Source: an uncultured Acidobacteriota bacterium
Lineage (GTDB): Bacteria; Acidobacteriota; Thermoanaerobaculia; UBA5066; Gp7-AA6
NCBI GenBank assembly: GCA_963784935.1
Contig: CAWATD010000001.1
Location: 189,411-253,410, forward strand
Direction of reading: 5' to 3'
Length of the DNA: 64,000 bases
In this document: positions 1-9,374 of the stretch, piece by piece
How positions within the stretch are numbered: position 1 is the first letter of the stretch
Layout: each line of letters opens with the position of its first letter
Notes under the pieces: model-generated
Seen by the model: only the letters and a program-made list of their open reading frames with translations
Database searches by the model: none
Told to the model about the DNA's origin: nothing
Program-made: the position numbers and the translations under genes

Positions 1-79
1 CCGCCGCCGACACGGCGAGCGCCGCCGCCGCGAGGCCGAGGAAGAAGCTCGCGGTCCTGGCGATGCCCGGGGTCTTCAT
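1..79 (-). CDS. 5' end of a secreted-protein gene running off the left edge (partial)
   Basis: Minus-strand ATG at 77-79 is preceded by GAGGAGAAG. The first 26 codons read MKTPGIARTASFFLGLAAAALAVSAA (signal-peptide-like). Nothing more is visible. Confidence 0.3.
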   Translation of the reverse strand, partial: MKTPGIARTASFFLGLAAAALAVSAA

Positions 80-235
80 GGATCTTCTCCTCGGTTTTCG
101 GAACTCTCCAGCAGCCCGGGGATCTTACCCTCGGCCCGGGCCGGACATTCCGGCGCTTGATTCATTCACATCATGCGATCGCCGGCCTGCCGTCCGAAAC
201 TCGAACCCGCGCGGGAAACCGCCGGAAGGGAAGGC

Positions 236-2014
236 ATGGCGAAGAGAGACATCACGATCGGGATCTTCGGATCCGGAGGAGACGGCGTCGTCACGCTGGG
301 AGATCTCGTCGCCCAGGTCGCGGCGCAGGAAGGGCTCCACGTCATCAAGACCGAAGCCTACGGGCCGCAGATCCGGGGCGGCGAATCCTCCTGCACCGTG
401 CGCGTGGCCGCCGACGAAGTGTTCGCACAAGGAGCCAGCGTCGACGTGCTCATCGTCTTCGGTTGGGCCGACTTCGCGCGCTTCCGCGGGGAAGTGTCGG
501 TGGCCCCCGACGCCCTCGTTCTCTGCGAGGAATCCGAGGAGCGCCCTTCCGGCGAGGACCTCGGCCTCGTCGACGGAGAGGACCTGGCGTGGATCCCGGT
601 GCCCTTTGCCGGGATCGCCCGCGCCTCCTCGGGGACTCCCGGCTCGAAGAACGTCGTCACGCTCGGCATCCTCGGCGAGCTCCTCGGGCTGCCGTCGGAC
701 ACCCTGAAACGCGCGATGGCCCGCCGCTTCGGACGCAAGAAGGCGTCCGTGCTCGAAGCCAACACCCGGGCGTTCGAGGCCGGCCGCGAATTCGCGGCGT
801 CCCGGGGCGAGCTCTTCGCGAAGAAGCGCCTCGACTACGAGCCCTCCGCCCCGCGGCTGCTGATGTCCGGAAACGAGGCCGCCGCCATCGGCGCGCTCCA
901 TGCCGGTTGCCGGTTCTTCGCGGGCTACCCCATCACGCCCTCGTCCGAGATCCTGCACTTCCTCGCCGAGTGGATGCCCCGCGTCGGCGGCTCCTTCCTC
1001 CAGACCGAGGACGAGCTCGCGGCGATCGGCGCCGTCATCGGAGCGTCCTTTTCCGGGGTCAAGTCGATGACGGCGACGTCCGGCCCGGGCCTTTCCCTGA
1101 TGACCGAGATGATCGGCCTGGCCTCGATGGCGGAAGTGCCGGTCGTCATCATCGACGTGCAGCGAGGCGGCCCCTCGACGGGCAATCCGACCAAGAGCGA
1201 GCAATCCGACCTCCTCCAGTGCCTGTTCGGGACCCACGGCGATGCGCCGCGGGTCGTGCTGGCGTGCTCGGACGTCGAGGACTGCTTCCACGCGACGGTC
1301 GAGGCTTTCAACATCTCCGAGGAGTTCCAGATACCCGTCCTCGTCCTCTCCGACCAGTCCGTCGGGCAGCGCAAGGAAACCATCCCCGCCGAAGCGTTGA
1401 AGCACGCGGTGCGCGACCGCCTGAAGCCGACCGACGCGGAGCTCGAGGACTACGAGCGGTACCGCGAGACGCCCAACGGCGTTTCGCCGATGAGCGTGCC
1501 GGGGATGAAGAAGGGGATGTACCAGACCAACGGCCTCGAGCACGACGCGGAGGGCCGGCCGAACTCGCTCTACCTCACGCACGAGACGATGAACGCCAAG
1601 CGCTACCGGAAAATGTGGCCGATCCGCGAGCGCTACCACGCGTTTCGCCGGTTCGGGCCGGCGCGCGCCGACGTCGGCGTCCTCTGCTGGGGCTCCTCCA
1701 GGGGGCCCGTCCAGGAGGCCGTCGCCGCCGCCAGCGCGCGCGGGGAAACGGTCGCCGCCTTCGTCCCGCAGACCATGTATCCCTTTCCCAAGCGGGACTT
1801 CGAGGAGTTTCTGGCCAGCGTCGGCGAGCTCCTGATCGTCGAGCTCTCCTACACGGCGCAGTTCTACAAGTACCTGCGGACCTTCCTCGACCTGCCGGCC
1901 GGCCGCACGCACGTCTTCAAGCGCTCGGGCGGCAAGGACCTGACGGGCGCCGAGGTCCTGGAAGCCGTCTCGAGAGCTCGCGCCGCGACGCGGCGGGAAA
2001 AGGTGGCCGTATGA
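236..2014 (+). CDS. korA: 2-oxoacid (probably 2-oxoglutarate):ferredoxin oxidoreductase, large alpha subunit with fused gamma-like N-domain
   Basis: Internal ATG of ORF 173..2014 (MAKRDITIGIFGSGGDG...) lies behind a GGAAGGGAAGG purine tract. It has the GNEAAAIGALHAGCRFFAGYPITPSSEI motif typical of OFOR alpha subunits. There is a 4-nt ATGA overlap with the next gene. Confidence 0.85.
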   Translation: MAKRDITIGIFGSGGDGVVTLGDLVAQVAAQEGLHVIKTEAYGPQIRGGESSCTVRVAADEVFAQGASVDVLIVFGWADFARFRGEVSVAPDALVLCEESEERPSGEDLGLVDGEDLAWIPVPFAGIARASSGTPGSKNVVTLGILGELLGLPSDTLKRAMARRFGRKKASVLEANTRAFEAGREFAASRGELFAKKRLDYEPSAPRLLMSGNEAAAIGALHAGCRFFAGYPITPSSEILHFLAEWMPRVGGSFLQTEDELAAIGAVIGASFSGVKSMTATSGPGLSLMTEMIGLASMAEVPVVIIDVQRGGPSTGNPTKSEQSDLLQCLFGTHGDAPRVVLACSDVEDCFHATVEAFNISEEFQIPVLVLSDQSVGQRKETIPAEALKHAVRDRLKPTDAELEDYERYRETPNGVSPMSVPGMKKGMYQTNGLEHDAEGRPNSLYLTHETMNAKRYRKMWPIRERYHAFRRFGPARADVGVLCWGSSRGPVQEAVAAASARGETVAAFVPQTMYPFPKRDFEEFLASVGELLIVELSYTAQFYKYLRTFLDLPAGRTHVFKRSGGKDLTGAEVLEAVSRARAATRREKVAV

Positions 2015-2889
2015 GCACGACCCTCGACCTGCCGGCCTTCCAGCCGGCGGACTACAAGTCGGACTTGAAGCCCGTCTGGTGCGCCGGTTGCGGCGACTTC
2101 GGCGCACTCGCCGCCCTCCACCGCGCGATGGCAAAACTGCAGCTCGCGCCGTGGAACACCGTGGTCATCTCGGGGATCGGCTGCTCGTCGCGCCTTCCGG
2201 GTTATGTCTCGACCTTCGGGTTCAACGGGGTCCACGGCCGCGCGCTCACGCTCGCCAGCGGCGTCAAGGTCGCCCGGCCGGAGCTGAACGTCATCGCGGT
2301 CGGCGGAGACGGCGACGGCATCGCCATCGGCGGCAATCACTTCCTCCACGCGGCACGCCGCAACCTCGACATCGCCTACCTCATGATGGACAACGAGATC
2401 TACGGCCTGACGAAGGGCCAGGCGGCGCCGACGACGCCGGCGGGGGACAAGACCAAGTCCACGTACTGGGGCAACCCGGAGCCGTCCGTCGACCCGTGCG
2501 AGCTCGCGATCTCGTTCGGGGCGACCTGGGTCGGCCGCGGTTTTTCGGGGGACCCCAGGACCCTCGTGGACCTGATGACCGCCGCGATGCAGCACAAGGG
2601 CTTTGCGTTCCTGAACGTGATGTCGCCGTGCGTGACCTGGCGCGGCGACGAGCAGTTCAAGCAGCTCAAGGCAAAGCTCGCCTTCCTGCCGCCCGACCAC
2701 GACCCGGCCGACCGCACGGCCGCCCTGCGCTACACGCGCGAGAAGGACGTCCTGACGACCGGAGTGCTGTACGAAGTGCGGCAGCCGTCGCTGTGCGAGC
2801 GGATGGACGAGATGCGCAGCAAGGCGCGGCAGGCCGGCGTGGTCTCGACGACCGCCGAGATCCTCGCGGCGCTGTCCCCGCCGATCTGA
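2011..2889 (+). CDS. korB: 2-oxoacid:ferredoxin oxidoreductase, beta (TPP-binding) subunit
   Basis: In-frame ATG at 2011 inside track ORF 157..2889 (MSTTLDLPAF...). It has the WCAGCGDFG and GGDGDGIAIGGNH motifs of OFOR beta subunits. Confidence 0.85.
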   Translation: MSTTLDLPAFQPADYKSDLKPVWCAGCGDFGALAALHRAMAKLQLAPWNTVVISGIGCSSRLPGYVSTFGFNGVHGRALTLASGVKVARPELNVIAVGGDGDGIAIGGNHFLHAARRNLDIAYLMMDNEIYGLTKGQAAPTTPAGDKTKSTYWGNPEPSVDPCELAISFGATWVGRGFSGDPRTLVDLMTAAMQHKGFAFLNVMSPCVTWRGDEQFKQLKAKLAFLPPDHDPADRTAALRYTREKDVLTTGVLYEVRQPSLCERMDEMRSKARQAGVVSTTAEILAALSPPI

Positions 2890-2919
2890 AGCCTGGCCCC
2901 CGGGCCGGGCCAACGCGGG

Positions 2920-3480
2920 CTACCTGACCGAGGCGCTCTTCTCGGCGGGACGCTCGACGGCGAGGCCCGGGAATTTCTCCCGGAAGGACTGCGCCGTGTG
3001 GCAGTTCCAGCAAACGCGCTGGTGCGTGGCGAAGACCTGGGGCAGGTTTTCGGGCCTCACCTCGTGCCATTCGATCGTCTTGCGGTCGGGCGTCAGGAGC
3101 GCGGGCTTGTGGTCGGACCAGCGGATCTCGCCGATCTCCTTCTGGCAGAAGGCGCAGGTCGAGCCCTGGTACCACTCGATCAGCATGTTGCGGACGAGGC
3201 ATCCTTCCGGCGAGTTCTCGACCTGGGACAGGCACTCCTGGCCGCACCCTTCCCGCTCGGGCCAACGCGAGCAGGAGCTCAGCCGCAAGTCCGGCTCGCC
3301 CACGGCGAAAGTCGCCGCCGCGTGCCTCTTGTCGACTTCGACGGCCGCGGCGCGTCCGGTTTCGGGACAGGTGATGACACGCGTGCCCCGGAACCTCCGG
3401 TAATTGCGCAGGGCCACCCAGCCGACCGGAATGAAGGAGAGAACCAAGAGAGCGACGAACAACAGAAACATGGTGCTCAT
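2920..3480 (-). CDS. membrane-anchored cysteine-rich protein of unknown function (last gene of the bcr operon)
   Basis: 186-aa ORF with an N-terminal TM helix (MFLLFVALLVLSFIPVGWVAL). It has nine Cys, including CGQEC, CAFC and CWNC. No classical CxxCxxCxxxCP ferredoxin motif is present. Confidence 0.6.
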   Translation of the reverse strand: MSTMFLLFVALLVLSFIPVGWVALRNYRRFRGTRVITCPETGRAAAVEVDKRHAAATFAVGEPDLRLSSCSRWPEREGCGQECLSQVENSPEGCLVRNMLIEWYQGSTCAFCQKEIGEIRWSDHKPALLTPDRKTIEWHEVRPENLPQVFATHQRVCWNCHTAQSFREKFPGLAVERPAEKSASVR

Positions 3481-3579
3481 ACCGTGCCTCCTCGGTCACG
3501 GTAGCGCCGGCGGGCACAGCGCTCATGATTCGGATGCATCAATTCGGCCGCGCCCCCTCCGGCCACCCGGCAGGGCCGG

Positions 3580-4047
3580 TCAGGCCGGCAGCGCTCCGAG
3601 GCGCAGCTCCAGGACCAGCCGCGGCGCGGGGACGAAGCCCTGGAGGCCCAGGAACCGGTTGAGGTCGTGCTCGTCCCAGGCCACCTCCGTGCGCAGCCGC
3701 TCGATCCCGAGGGCCCGGAGGTTGCGCGTGAGGTTGTCGAGGAGGGACGAGCCGATGCCGCGCCGGGCAAAGCCCGGATCGACCAGAATCGTGTCGAGGA
3801 CGGCGATCGGTTCCGGCTGGCCGAACTCGCCGTAATGGAGCGACCCGAGCACCGCGCCGACGAGAAAGCCGTCGACCTCGGCTCCGAGCGAGACCTGCAG
3901 GTCGGACTCCTTGAGCGCTCGCTTCAGCTTCCCCTCGTACCACGCGGTCCGGTTTCGGCCGGTGATCGCCTGGTCCATGCGGACCAGCCGCGGCGCGTCC
4001 GCCAGGGTGAGCAAGCGGACCGTCACGCCATTGCATTCTTCGTCCAT
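3580..4047 (-). CDS. GNAT-family N-acetyltransferase
   Basis: Start taken at MDEECNG inside track ORF 3580..4497. The acetyl-CoA-binding signature is ILVDPGFARRGIGSSLL. It overlaps the bcrD stop by 25 nt, so the start is uncertain. Confidence 0.7.
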   Translation of the reverse strand: MDEECNGVTVRLLTLADAPRLVRMDQAITGRNRTAWYEGKLKRALKESDLQVSLGAEVDGFLVGAVLGSLHYGEFGQPEPIAVLDTILVDPGFARRGIGSSLLDNLTRNLRALGIERLRTEVAWDEHDLNRFLGLQGFVPAPRLVLELRLGALPA

Positions 4048-4877
4048 GCGGCGCCCTCCATGCCGACCCGTTGCCGGCGAAAACCTCCCCAGATCGCGGC
4101 CCCGATCGCGCCCGCGTAGGCCGACAGCGGATGGCGGGCGACCTCGAGCGCCGCCGAGCCCTTGGCCGCGCCCTGCGCGAGCGCCGCCCCGAGCGCCGCG
4201 GCCAGGCCGTCGTCCGCGGCCAGGCCGCCGCTGACGAACACGACGCCCTCGACGCCGAGCGACTGGAGCAGGCGGGCGAAGCGGCCCGCCATGCTGTCGT
4301 GGATCCCGCGCAGGATGTTGGCGGCGCCCAGGCCGCGCGAGACCATGTTGATCACGTCGGTCTCCGCGAGCACGGCGCAGATCGAGCTGACCGCCTCGGG
4401 CTTCTCGGCCGACATCGAGATCGCCCCGATCTCGGCCTGCGCCACGCCCAGGTACCGGCCGATGTTCTCCAGGAACTGGCCCGACCCCGATGCGCACTGG
4501 CTCGTCATCTTGTAGCCGAGCACCTTGCCGCGGGAATCCATGAGGACGGCACGGGCATGGAGCGCGCCCACGTCGAGGACCGAGCGCGCCCGCGGATCGA
4601 GGTACAGGGCCCCGCGCGCGTGGGTCGTCATCCCGTAGAAGTGGCCCGTCGCGATCGGCGTCGACTCCCCCTCCCCGGTCGTCGCCACGTAGTCGAGCTC
4701 TTCGACACCGGCCGCCTCGATCGCTTCGCCGAACGCCTCGTCGACCACGTCGGAGACGCTGCGGCGGCGCACGCGGGCCACGGCGTGGGAGAGGATCCGG
4801 TCCTCCCCCTCCCCGACCCGCATCACGGCCACCTTGACGGCCGCCGAGCCCACGTCGATCCCGGCCGTCACGCTCAC
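4023..4877 (-). CDS. bcrD: benzoyl-CoA reductase delta subunit (BcrAD_BadFG-type ATPase)
   Basis: GTG start ([15 protein letters not shown]) overlaps the bcrA stop as GTGA. About 284 aa. Has the CASGSG cluster-ligand region. This is the C-terminal part of the artificial 1245-aa track ORF 4023..7760. Confidence 0.8.
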   Translation of the reverse strand: MSVTAGIDVGSAAVKVAVMRVGEGEDRILSHAVARVRRRSVSDVVDEAFGEAIEAAGVEELDYVATTGEGESTPIATGHFYGMTTHARGALYLDPRARSVLDVGALHARAVLMDSRGKVLGYKMTSQCASGSGQFLENIGRYLGVAQAEIGAISMSAEKPEAVSSICAVLAETDVINMVSRGLGAANILRGIHDSMAGRFARLLQSLGVEGVVFVSGGLAADDGLAAALGAALAQGAAKGSAALEVARHPLSAYAGAIGAAIWGGFRRQRVGMEGAAWTKNAMA

Positions 4878-6155
4878 GCGGCCGCCCCCCGCAGCGCGAA
4901 GTGGGCCGCGCCGAGCGCGCCCGTGTAGATGCTGTCGGCGGAAATGTTGATCCGGCGCGCGCCGTAGTTCTCGGCGACGAGGCCTTCGAGCGCCCGGACG
5001 GCCGCCGGGTTGCGCGCCACGCCGCCCGTGAAGGTGAACTCGTCCGCGATCCCGCCCGAGCGCGCGAGCAGGCTCATCGCGCGCAGGATGACGGCCCGAT
5101 GGAGCCCCGCGAGGATGTCCTCGCGCCGCTCCCCGAGCGAGAGCCGTTCGCGCAGCTCCGCTCCCGGCGAACACGGTGCAGGTCGAGCTGATCTTGACGG
5201 GCCGCCGGCTCTCGAGCGCGAGCGGCCCGAGCTCGTGCAGGCCCATGTTCATCTCGTCGGCGATGTAGCCGAGGTACCGTCCGCACCCCGCGGCGCACCG
5301 GTCGTTCATCTGGAAGCTCGTGACGATGCCGCTGCCGTCCACCTGGATCGCCTTGGTGTCCTGACCGCCGATGTCGAGCACGGTGCGCGTCCCGGGAAAG
5401 AGCACGTGGGCGCCGAGGCCGTGGCACAGGATCTCCGACCGGATCTGCTCCTTCGGAAACGGCAGGCGCGCACGCCCGTATCCGGTGCCGACCGTGGCCG
5501 ACACGCCGAGGTCCGCCGACAGGGCCGCCTCGACGGCCGCGCGCACGCCCGGCGTCTCACCCGCCCGGCCGAGCGCCTTGCCGATGTTTTCGCGGAAACC
5601 GAGCTCGACCGGCTCGTTCTCGACCCGCACGATGCACTGGTCGTAGAGCCCGAGCAGCCGATCGAACGTGACGCGGGCGCCCGGCTCCTGCGCCGCTTCC
5701 TGGGCGAGGCGCGCATACGCCGATCCGGCCGCATCGCGGAAGAAGTCGGATCGCTCCGGAGGTCGCGGCTCCTGGAATCGAGCCTCCTCCTCGGCCCGGA
5801 TTCGGGCGAAAATCCCCGCGACCGCGGCGGCGAGCGCGTCGCGCTCTCCGGGCGCGCCCCGGCCGATCTCCTCTTCGATCCGCCCGCGCAGGGTCTCGAG
5901 CTGGACCTGCATCTGCTCGAGCCGAAAGGCGCGCAAGAGGCGCGCGAGCGTCTCGGGCCCGCCGGCTTTCTCCACTTCACGCTCGAGCAGGCGGAACCGG
6001 GCGCTGATGAAGGCCTCCGTTCGGGCGAGCTCGGCCGCAAGGTCGTAGTTCGAGCGGGAGTTTGTGATTCCGCGGCCGAGCACCTCTCCCCTCTCGTCGA
6101 GGACGACCGCCTTGGTCGTCGTCGAGCCGAGATCGATGCCGACGACGCAGCTCAT
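4874..6155 (-). CDS. bcrA: benzoyl-CoA reductase alpha subunit (BcrAD_BadFG-type ATPase), reading frame broken once near 5159
   Basis: The N-terminal part ([15 protein letters not shown] ... [12 protein letters not shown] ... [12 protein letters not shown]) is in the frame of ORF 4023..7760. The C-terminal part (...[47 protein letters not shown]...) is in the frame of ORF 4874..5077. Total length is 1282 nt, i.e. 3n+1. Confidence 0.75.
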
Positions 6156-7426
6156 GCCGGAACTCCCGCCTTGCGGGCGTCGAGCATCTGGAAATAGCTC
6201 TCCAGCCGGTTCTTGAGATTCGCGGCCGAGAAGTAACGGGGGTCGACGAGGTCCGACTCGATGAACGCGCCCGGGATTCCCGTGCGCCGCTCCACTTCCC
6301 TCAGCATCGGCAGCTGCCCCGCCGAGAAGGAATTGCAGGACTTGACCGAGTGGATCAGGAACCCGTCGGCCCGATATTCCTCCGCGTAGCGCGCCAGCAT
6401 CTCGACGCGCGAGGGCAGGTTGCGGTTGGTGTAGCAGCCGCTGCAGTAGTCGGCGAGCGTGCCGAGCGGGTCGGCCGGGTCGTGGCGGAAGCCGAGGTCG
6501 TACGTCCCCCCGACCTTCGAATAGGTGGACGCGACGACGACCGCTCCCTCGTCGGCGAACATGCGCCAGAACTCCCGGAAGTGCGTCCAGTTGGGAGGCC
6601 CCTCGACGACGAGGCGGTACTTCTGCCGATCGAGGCGGCCCGACGGCGTCGTGGGGCCTTCGCCGCGGGCAACGCGTCCCTCCACCTCCTGGCGCAGCGT
6701 CCGGTAGTAGGCGAGGCCTTCTTCGGTCCCCCGGAAGGCGGAGAAAATCGGCCCGACGTAGTACACCGCTCCGAAATAGGCGTCGATGGGGCTCGGCGTC
6801 TTCTTCGCAGACTGGAGGACTGCCACGAGGTCGTCCTCGGCGGCCGCGCTCATCCGGAGGTTCTCGCGCAGCCGCTCCTCGTCGAAGGCGCGGCCCGTGG
6901 CCTTCTCGAGCGCGGGGATCAGGCTCTCGCGGATCTGCCGCGCCACGTACGAGCGCATGGCCGGAGACTGCTCCCCGTCGCCCTGGTACGGAATCTGGAG
7001 AAACACCATCGGGCAGCGGTACTCCTCGCGGAGCAGCTCGAACCACTTCATGAACGTGTAGCAACCCGTGTAGGAGAGCAGCAGCAGGTCGGGCTTCGGA
7101 AGCCGCGTCCCGGTCGGGCTGACGTTGCCGGCCTTGAGCATCCCGAGGTCGCACTTGACGTACGAGCAGACGTCCTCCGAGTGGCCCGCCTTCTCCGCGG
7201 CGGCGATGTAGCCCTGGCTCTTGCCGCGCATGGCCGACTGCAGGGCGTTGATCTCGGGCAGGACGGGCAGGGCGCCGAAGGAACGGATCAGCTCGGTCAG
7301 GTTTCCCGGCACGAACGTGTAGACGACCGGCTCTCCGGTCTCCGGGGCCGCCTCGAGGCGGCGGTAGTGCTCGGCCAGCATGTCCTTCTGGAGAAGCATC
7401 GAGAGGTCCTTGTCGGTCTCGCTCAT
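6152..7426 (-). CDS. bcrB: benzoyl-CoA reductase beta subunit (2-hydroxyacyl-CoA dehydratase family)
   Basis: 424-aa ORF with ATGA overlaps at both ends. It is of HgdB/BcrB-type (…CSYVKCDLG…, …HSVKSCNSFS…). Confidence 0.8.
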   Translation of the reverse strand: MSETDKDLSMLLQKDMLAEHYRRLEAAPETGEPVVYTFVPGNLTELIRSFGALPVLPEINALQSAMRGKSQGYIAAAEKAGHSEDVCSYVKCDLGMLKAGNVSPTGTRLPKPDLLLLSYTGCYTFMKWFELLREEYRCPMVFLQIPYQGDGEQSPAMRSYVARQIRESLIPALEKATGRAFDEERLRENLRMSAAAEDDLVAVLQSAKKTPSPIDAYFGAVYYVGPIFSAFRGTEEGLAYYRTLRQEVEGRVARGEGPTTPSGRLDRQKYRLVVEGPPNWTHFREFWRMFADEGAVVVASTYSKVGGTYDLGFRHDPADPLGTLADYCSGCYTNRNLPSRVEMLARYAEEYRADGFLIHSVKSCNSFSAGQLPMLREVERRTGIPGAFIESDLVDPRYFSAANLKNRLESYFQMLDARKAGVPA

Positions 7427-8592
7427 CCGGCGCCCCCCCAGAGTTTGATCGCGTCCGCGAACGTGCCGGCCTGCTCCCGGAACTGCTGAAACTGCCCCGT
7501 GTTCTCCGCGAACTGGAAAGCGATACAGGGAATCCCGGCTTCCTCCGCCCCGGCGCGCAGCATGGGACGGTCGAGCAGGGCCGGATCGCAGAAGCTCGCC
7601 GCCGCAAAAAGCACGCCGTCGGCGCGCGCCTCGGCGGCGCGCTCGCGCACGAAACGCCGCTTGCCCGACGGGTCCGGCTCATACAGCGTCGAGTTGCGGG
7701 CGGCGTGCCGGACGAAGGCCTCCGCCAGGTTCGTGAGCGGGTCCCCGTCGAGCGGAACATCGCCGCCGATCATCCGGTTGCCGAGCAGGAAGTCGTCGTC
7801 CACGATGAAGCAGCCCGCGCGCTCGATCGTTTTGATCAAGCCGATGGGCGGCTGCTCGCAGAAGGCCCCCACGACGATCACGCGCGCCCGGTCGCGCACG
7901 CGTCCCGGCTCCGCTTCGACCGCGGCGAGGTAGGCGCGGGCGCGGGCGACGAACTCCTCGAGCGGGACAGTCTCGCCGGCGCGCAGCAGCAGGTACAGCT
8001 CCTCGGTCGGCACGCTCCACGGGGCGTCCCGGCGCGCCCGGTAGAGCTCCCGGATGAGCCCGCGCGCCTCGTTGTACGCTCCGATCGCCTCGCGCAGGGC
8101 GGCATCCGACGGCGGCGCGCCGGCGATCTGGCCCAGGTCCCGCGCGAGGACGGCGAGCTCTTCCCGCCAGAAGTCCGACGCGAGCTCCGGCTCGGCCACC
8201 TGCGGCAGGTCCAGGTAGCGCACGTAGAGCTTGGGGTAGAGCAGCTGCCAGACGCCCGAGAGATTCCGGATGACGTCGCAGGTGGCTGGGAAAAGCACGC
8301 CGGACAGGACGTCGAGGCGCCCCGACTGGGCCAGCTCCACGACCGAGCGCGGCAGGTGGCAGATGTACGACTGGTAGAAGGCATCGCCGCGGATGATCTC
8401 GAGGCGCTCCCCCGCGCCGTGGATGCCGACGGGGAGCATCCCGCAGGCGCGGATCAACTCACGCGGCGCGTACACGGGCAGGTAGCCCACGGCCTTGCGG
8501 CCCGGCTTCTCGGCGATCCAGCCCCGGGCCGCCGCGAAGTCGATGTCCTCCGAGACTTCGGCCGCCCAGTCGACGATCTCGCTGCGCTTCAC
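7423..8592 (-). CDS. bcrC: benzoyl-CoA reductase gamma subunit (2-hydroxyacyl-CoA dehydratase family)
   Basis: GTG start (VKRSEIVDWAAE...) is in frame in track ORF 7423..9897 and overlaps the dch stop as GTGA. 389 aa. Confidence 0.8.
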   Translation of the reverse strand: MKRSEIVDWAAEVSEDIDFAAARGWIAEKPGRKAVGYLPVYAPRELIRACGMLPVGIHGAGERLEIIRGDAFYQSYICHLPRSVVELAQSGRLDVLSGVLFPATCDVIRNLSGVWQLLYPKLYVRYLDLPQVAEPELASDFWREELAVLARDLGQIAGAPPSDAALREAIGAYNEARGLIRELYRARRDAPWSVPTEELYLLLRAGETVPLEEFVARARAYLAAVEAEPGRVRDRARVIVVGAFCEQPPIGLIKTIERAGCFIVDDDFLLGNRMIGGDVPLDGDPLTNLAEAFVRHAARNSTLYEPDPSGKRRFVRERAAEARADGVLFAAASFCDPALLDRPMLRAGAEEAGIPCIAFQFAENTGQFQQFREQAGTFADAIKLWGGAG

Positions 8593-9374
8593 GAGTTGGA
8601 CCAGGCCGGCGGCCGGCGCTCGAGAAACGCCGTCAGCCCCTCGATGGGGTCTCGGTGCGCCATCAGATCCTCGAGGTACTGCTTCTCGAGGACGGGCAGG
8701 TCGTTCGACAGGGCCGCGGCGAGAAATCTCCGCGAGGCGCGCCAGGCCGCGCGCAGGGCCACGGCGGACTTGTCCGCCAGGGTTTCCTGGAACCAGCGCT
8801 GCAGTTCCGCCTCCGCGTCGTAAATGCACCGGTCGATGAGGCCCCACGCCGCCGCGCCCTGCGCGTCGAACGTGTCGCCCGCGACGATCAGCTGCGTGGC
8901 GCGCGCGCCCGTCGTCCGCCACGGAAGCGCGATCGCCGCCAACGGCGGAAAGACCCCGAGCCGCGTCTCCGGCACGCCGAAGCGCGCGGAGGGCTCCGCG
9001 ACGACCATGCCGCACCAGAGGGCGAGCTCGAAGGCGCCGCCGAGGCACTGCCCCCGGACGACGGCGGCCGTCGGGGCCGAGAGCGCCTCGAGGTCCCGGA
9101 AGAGGCCGTGGAACGCGGGCAGGAGCTCGGTCACCTTGCCCGGAAGGTGCTCCTGCACCGACGCGCCGAAGCTGAAGTGGTCGCCCGCGCCCTCGAAGAC
9201 GACGAGCTTCAACGGCCCCGGGTCCTTCGCCAGCTCCCGCAGGCGGGCGCGGACCGCGGAGATCATCTCGAGATCCAGGACGTTGGCCTTGGGCCGGTCG
9301 AACAGGATCCTCTGGATCTGTCCCGATCGCTCCACGGCGCATCGGATGGGCGAGGCTGCGACGGATGCGGTCAT
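8589..9374 (-). CDS. dch: crotonase-family enzyme, probably cyclohexa-1,5-diene-1-carbonyl-CoA hydratase
   Basis: 261-aa enoyl-CoA hydratase fold (FEGAGDHFSFGASV, GQCLGGAFELAL). Its position directly upstream of bcrC matches the Thauera arrangement. Confidence 0.7.
   Translation of the reverse strand: MTASVAASPIRCAVERSGQIQRILFDRPKANVLDLEMISAVRARLRELAKDPGPLKLVVFEGAGDHFSFGASVQEHLPGKVTELLPAFHGLFRDLEALSAPTAAVVRGQCLGGAFELALWCGMVVAEPSARFGVPETRLGVFPPLAAIALPWRTTGARATQLIVAGDTFDAQGAAAWGLIDRCIYDAEAELQRWFQETLADKSAVALRAAWRASRRFLAAALSNDLPVLEKQYLEDLMAHRDPIEGLTAFLERRPPAWSNS

Noticed and set aside
125-2134. 669-aa ORF antisense to korA. Similar long antisense or off-frame ORFs occur at 15549-17798, 17636-20608, 24814-26571, 26450-27841, 47354-49516 and 50778-52784.
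   Set aside because: These have the Arg/Gly/Pro/Ala-rich composition typical of shadow ORFs in very GC-rich DNA. Each lies opposite a gene with clear family motifs, and none has recognisable domains.
2890-2919. Possible bidirectional terminator between the convergent korB and the Cys-rich gene (GGCCCCCGGGCC).
   Set aside because: The stem is only about 5 bp with a minimal loop and no U-tract on either strand.
4023-7760. Single 1245-aa ORF in the track that looks like a giant fusion protein.
   Set aside because: It is a read-through of one frame across bcrD, part of bcrA and out-of-frame stretches of bcrB/bcrC. The real genes are defined by coupled ATGA/GTGA junctions and motif-bearing frames.
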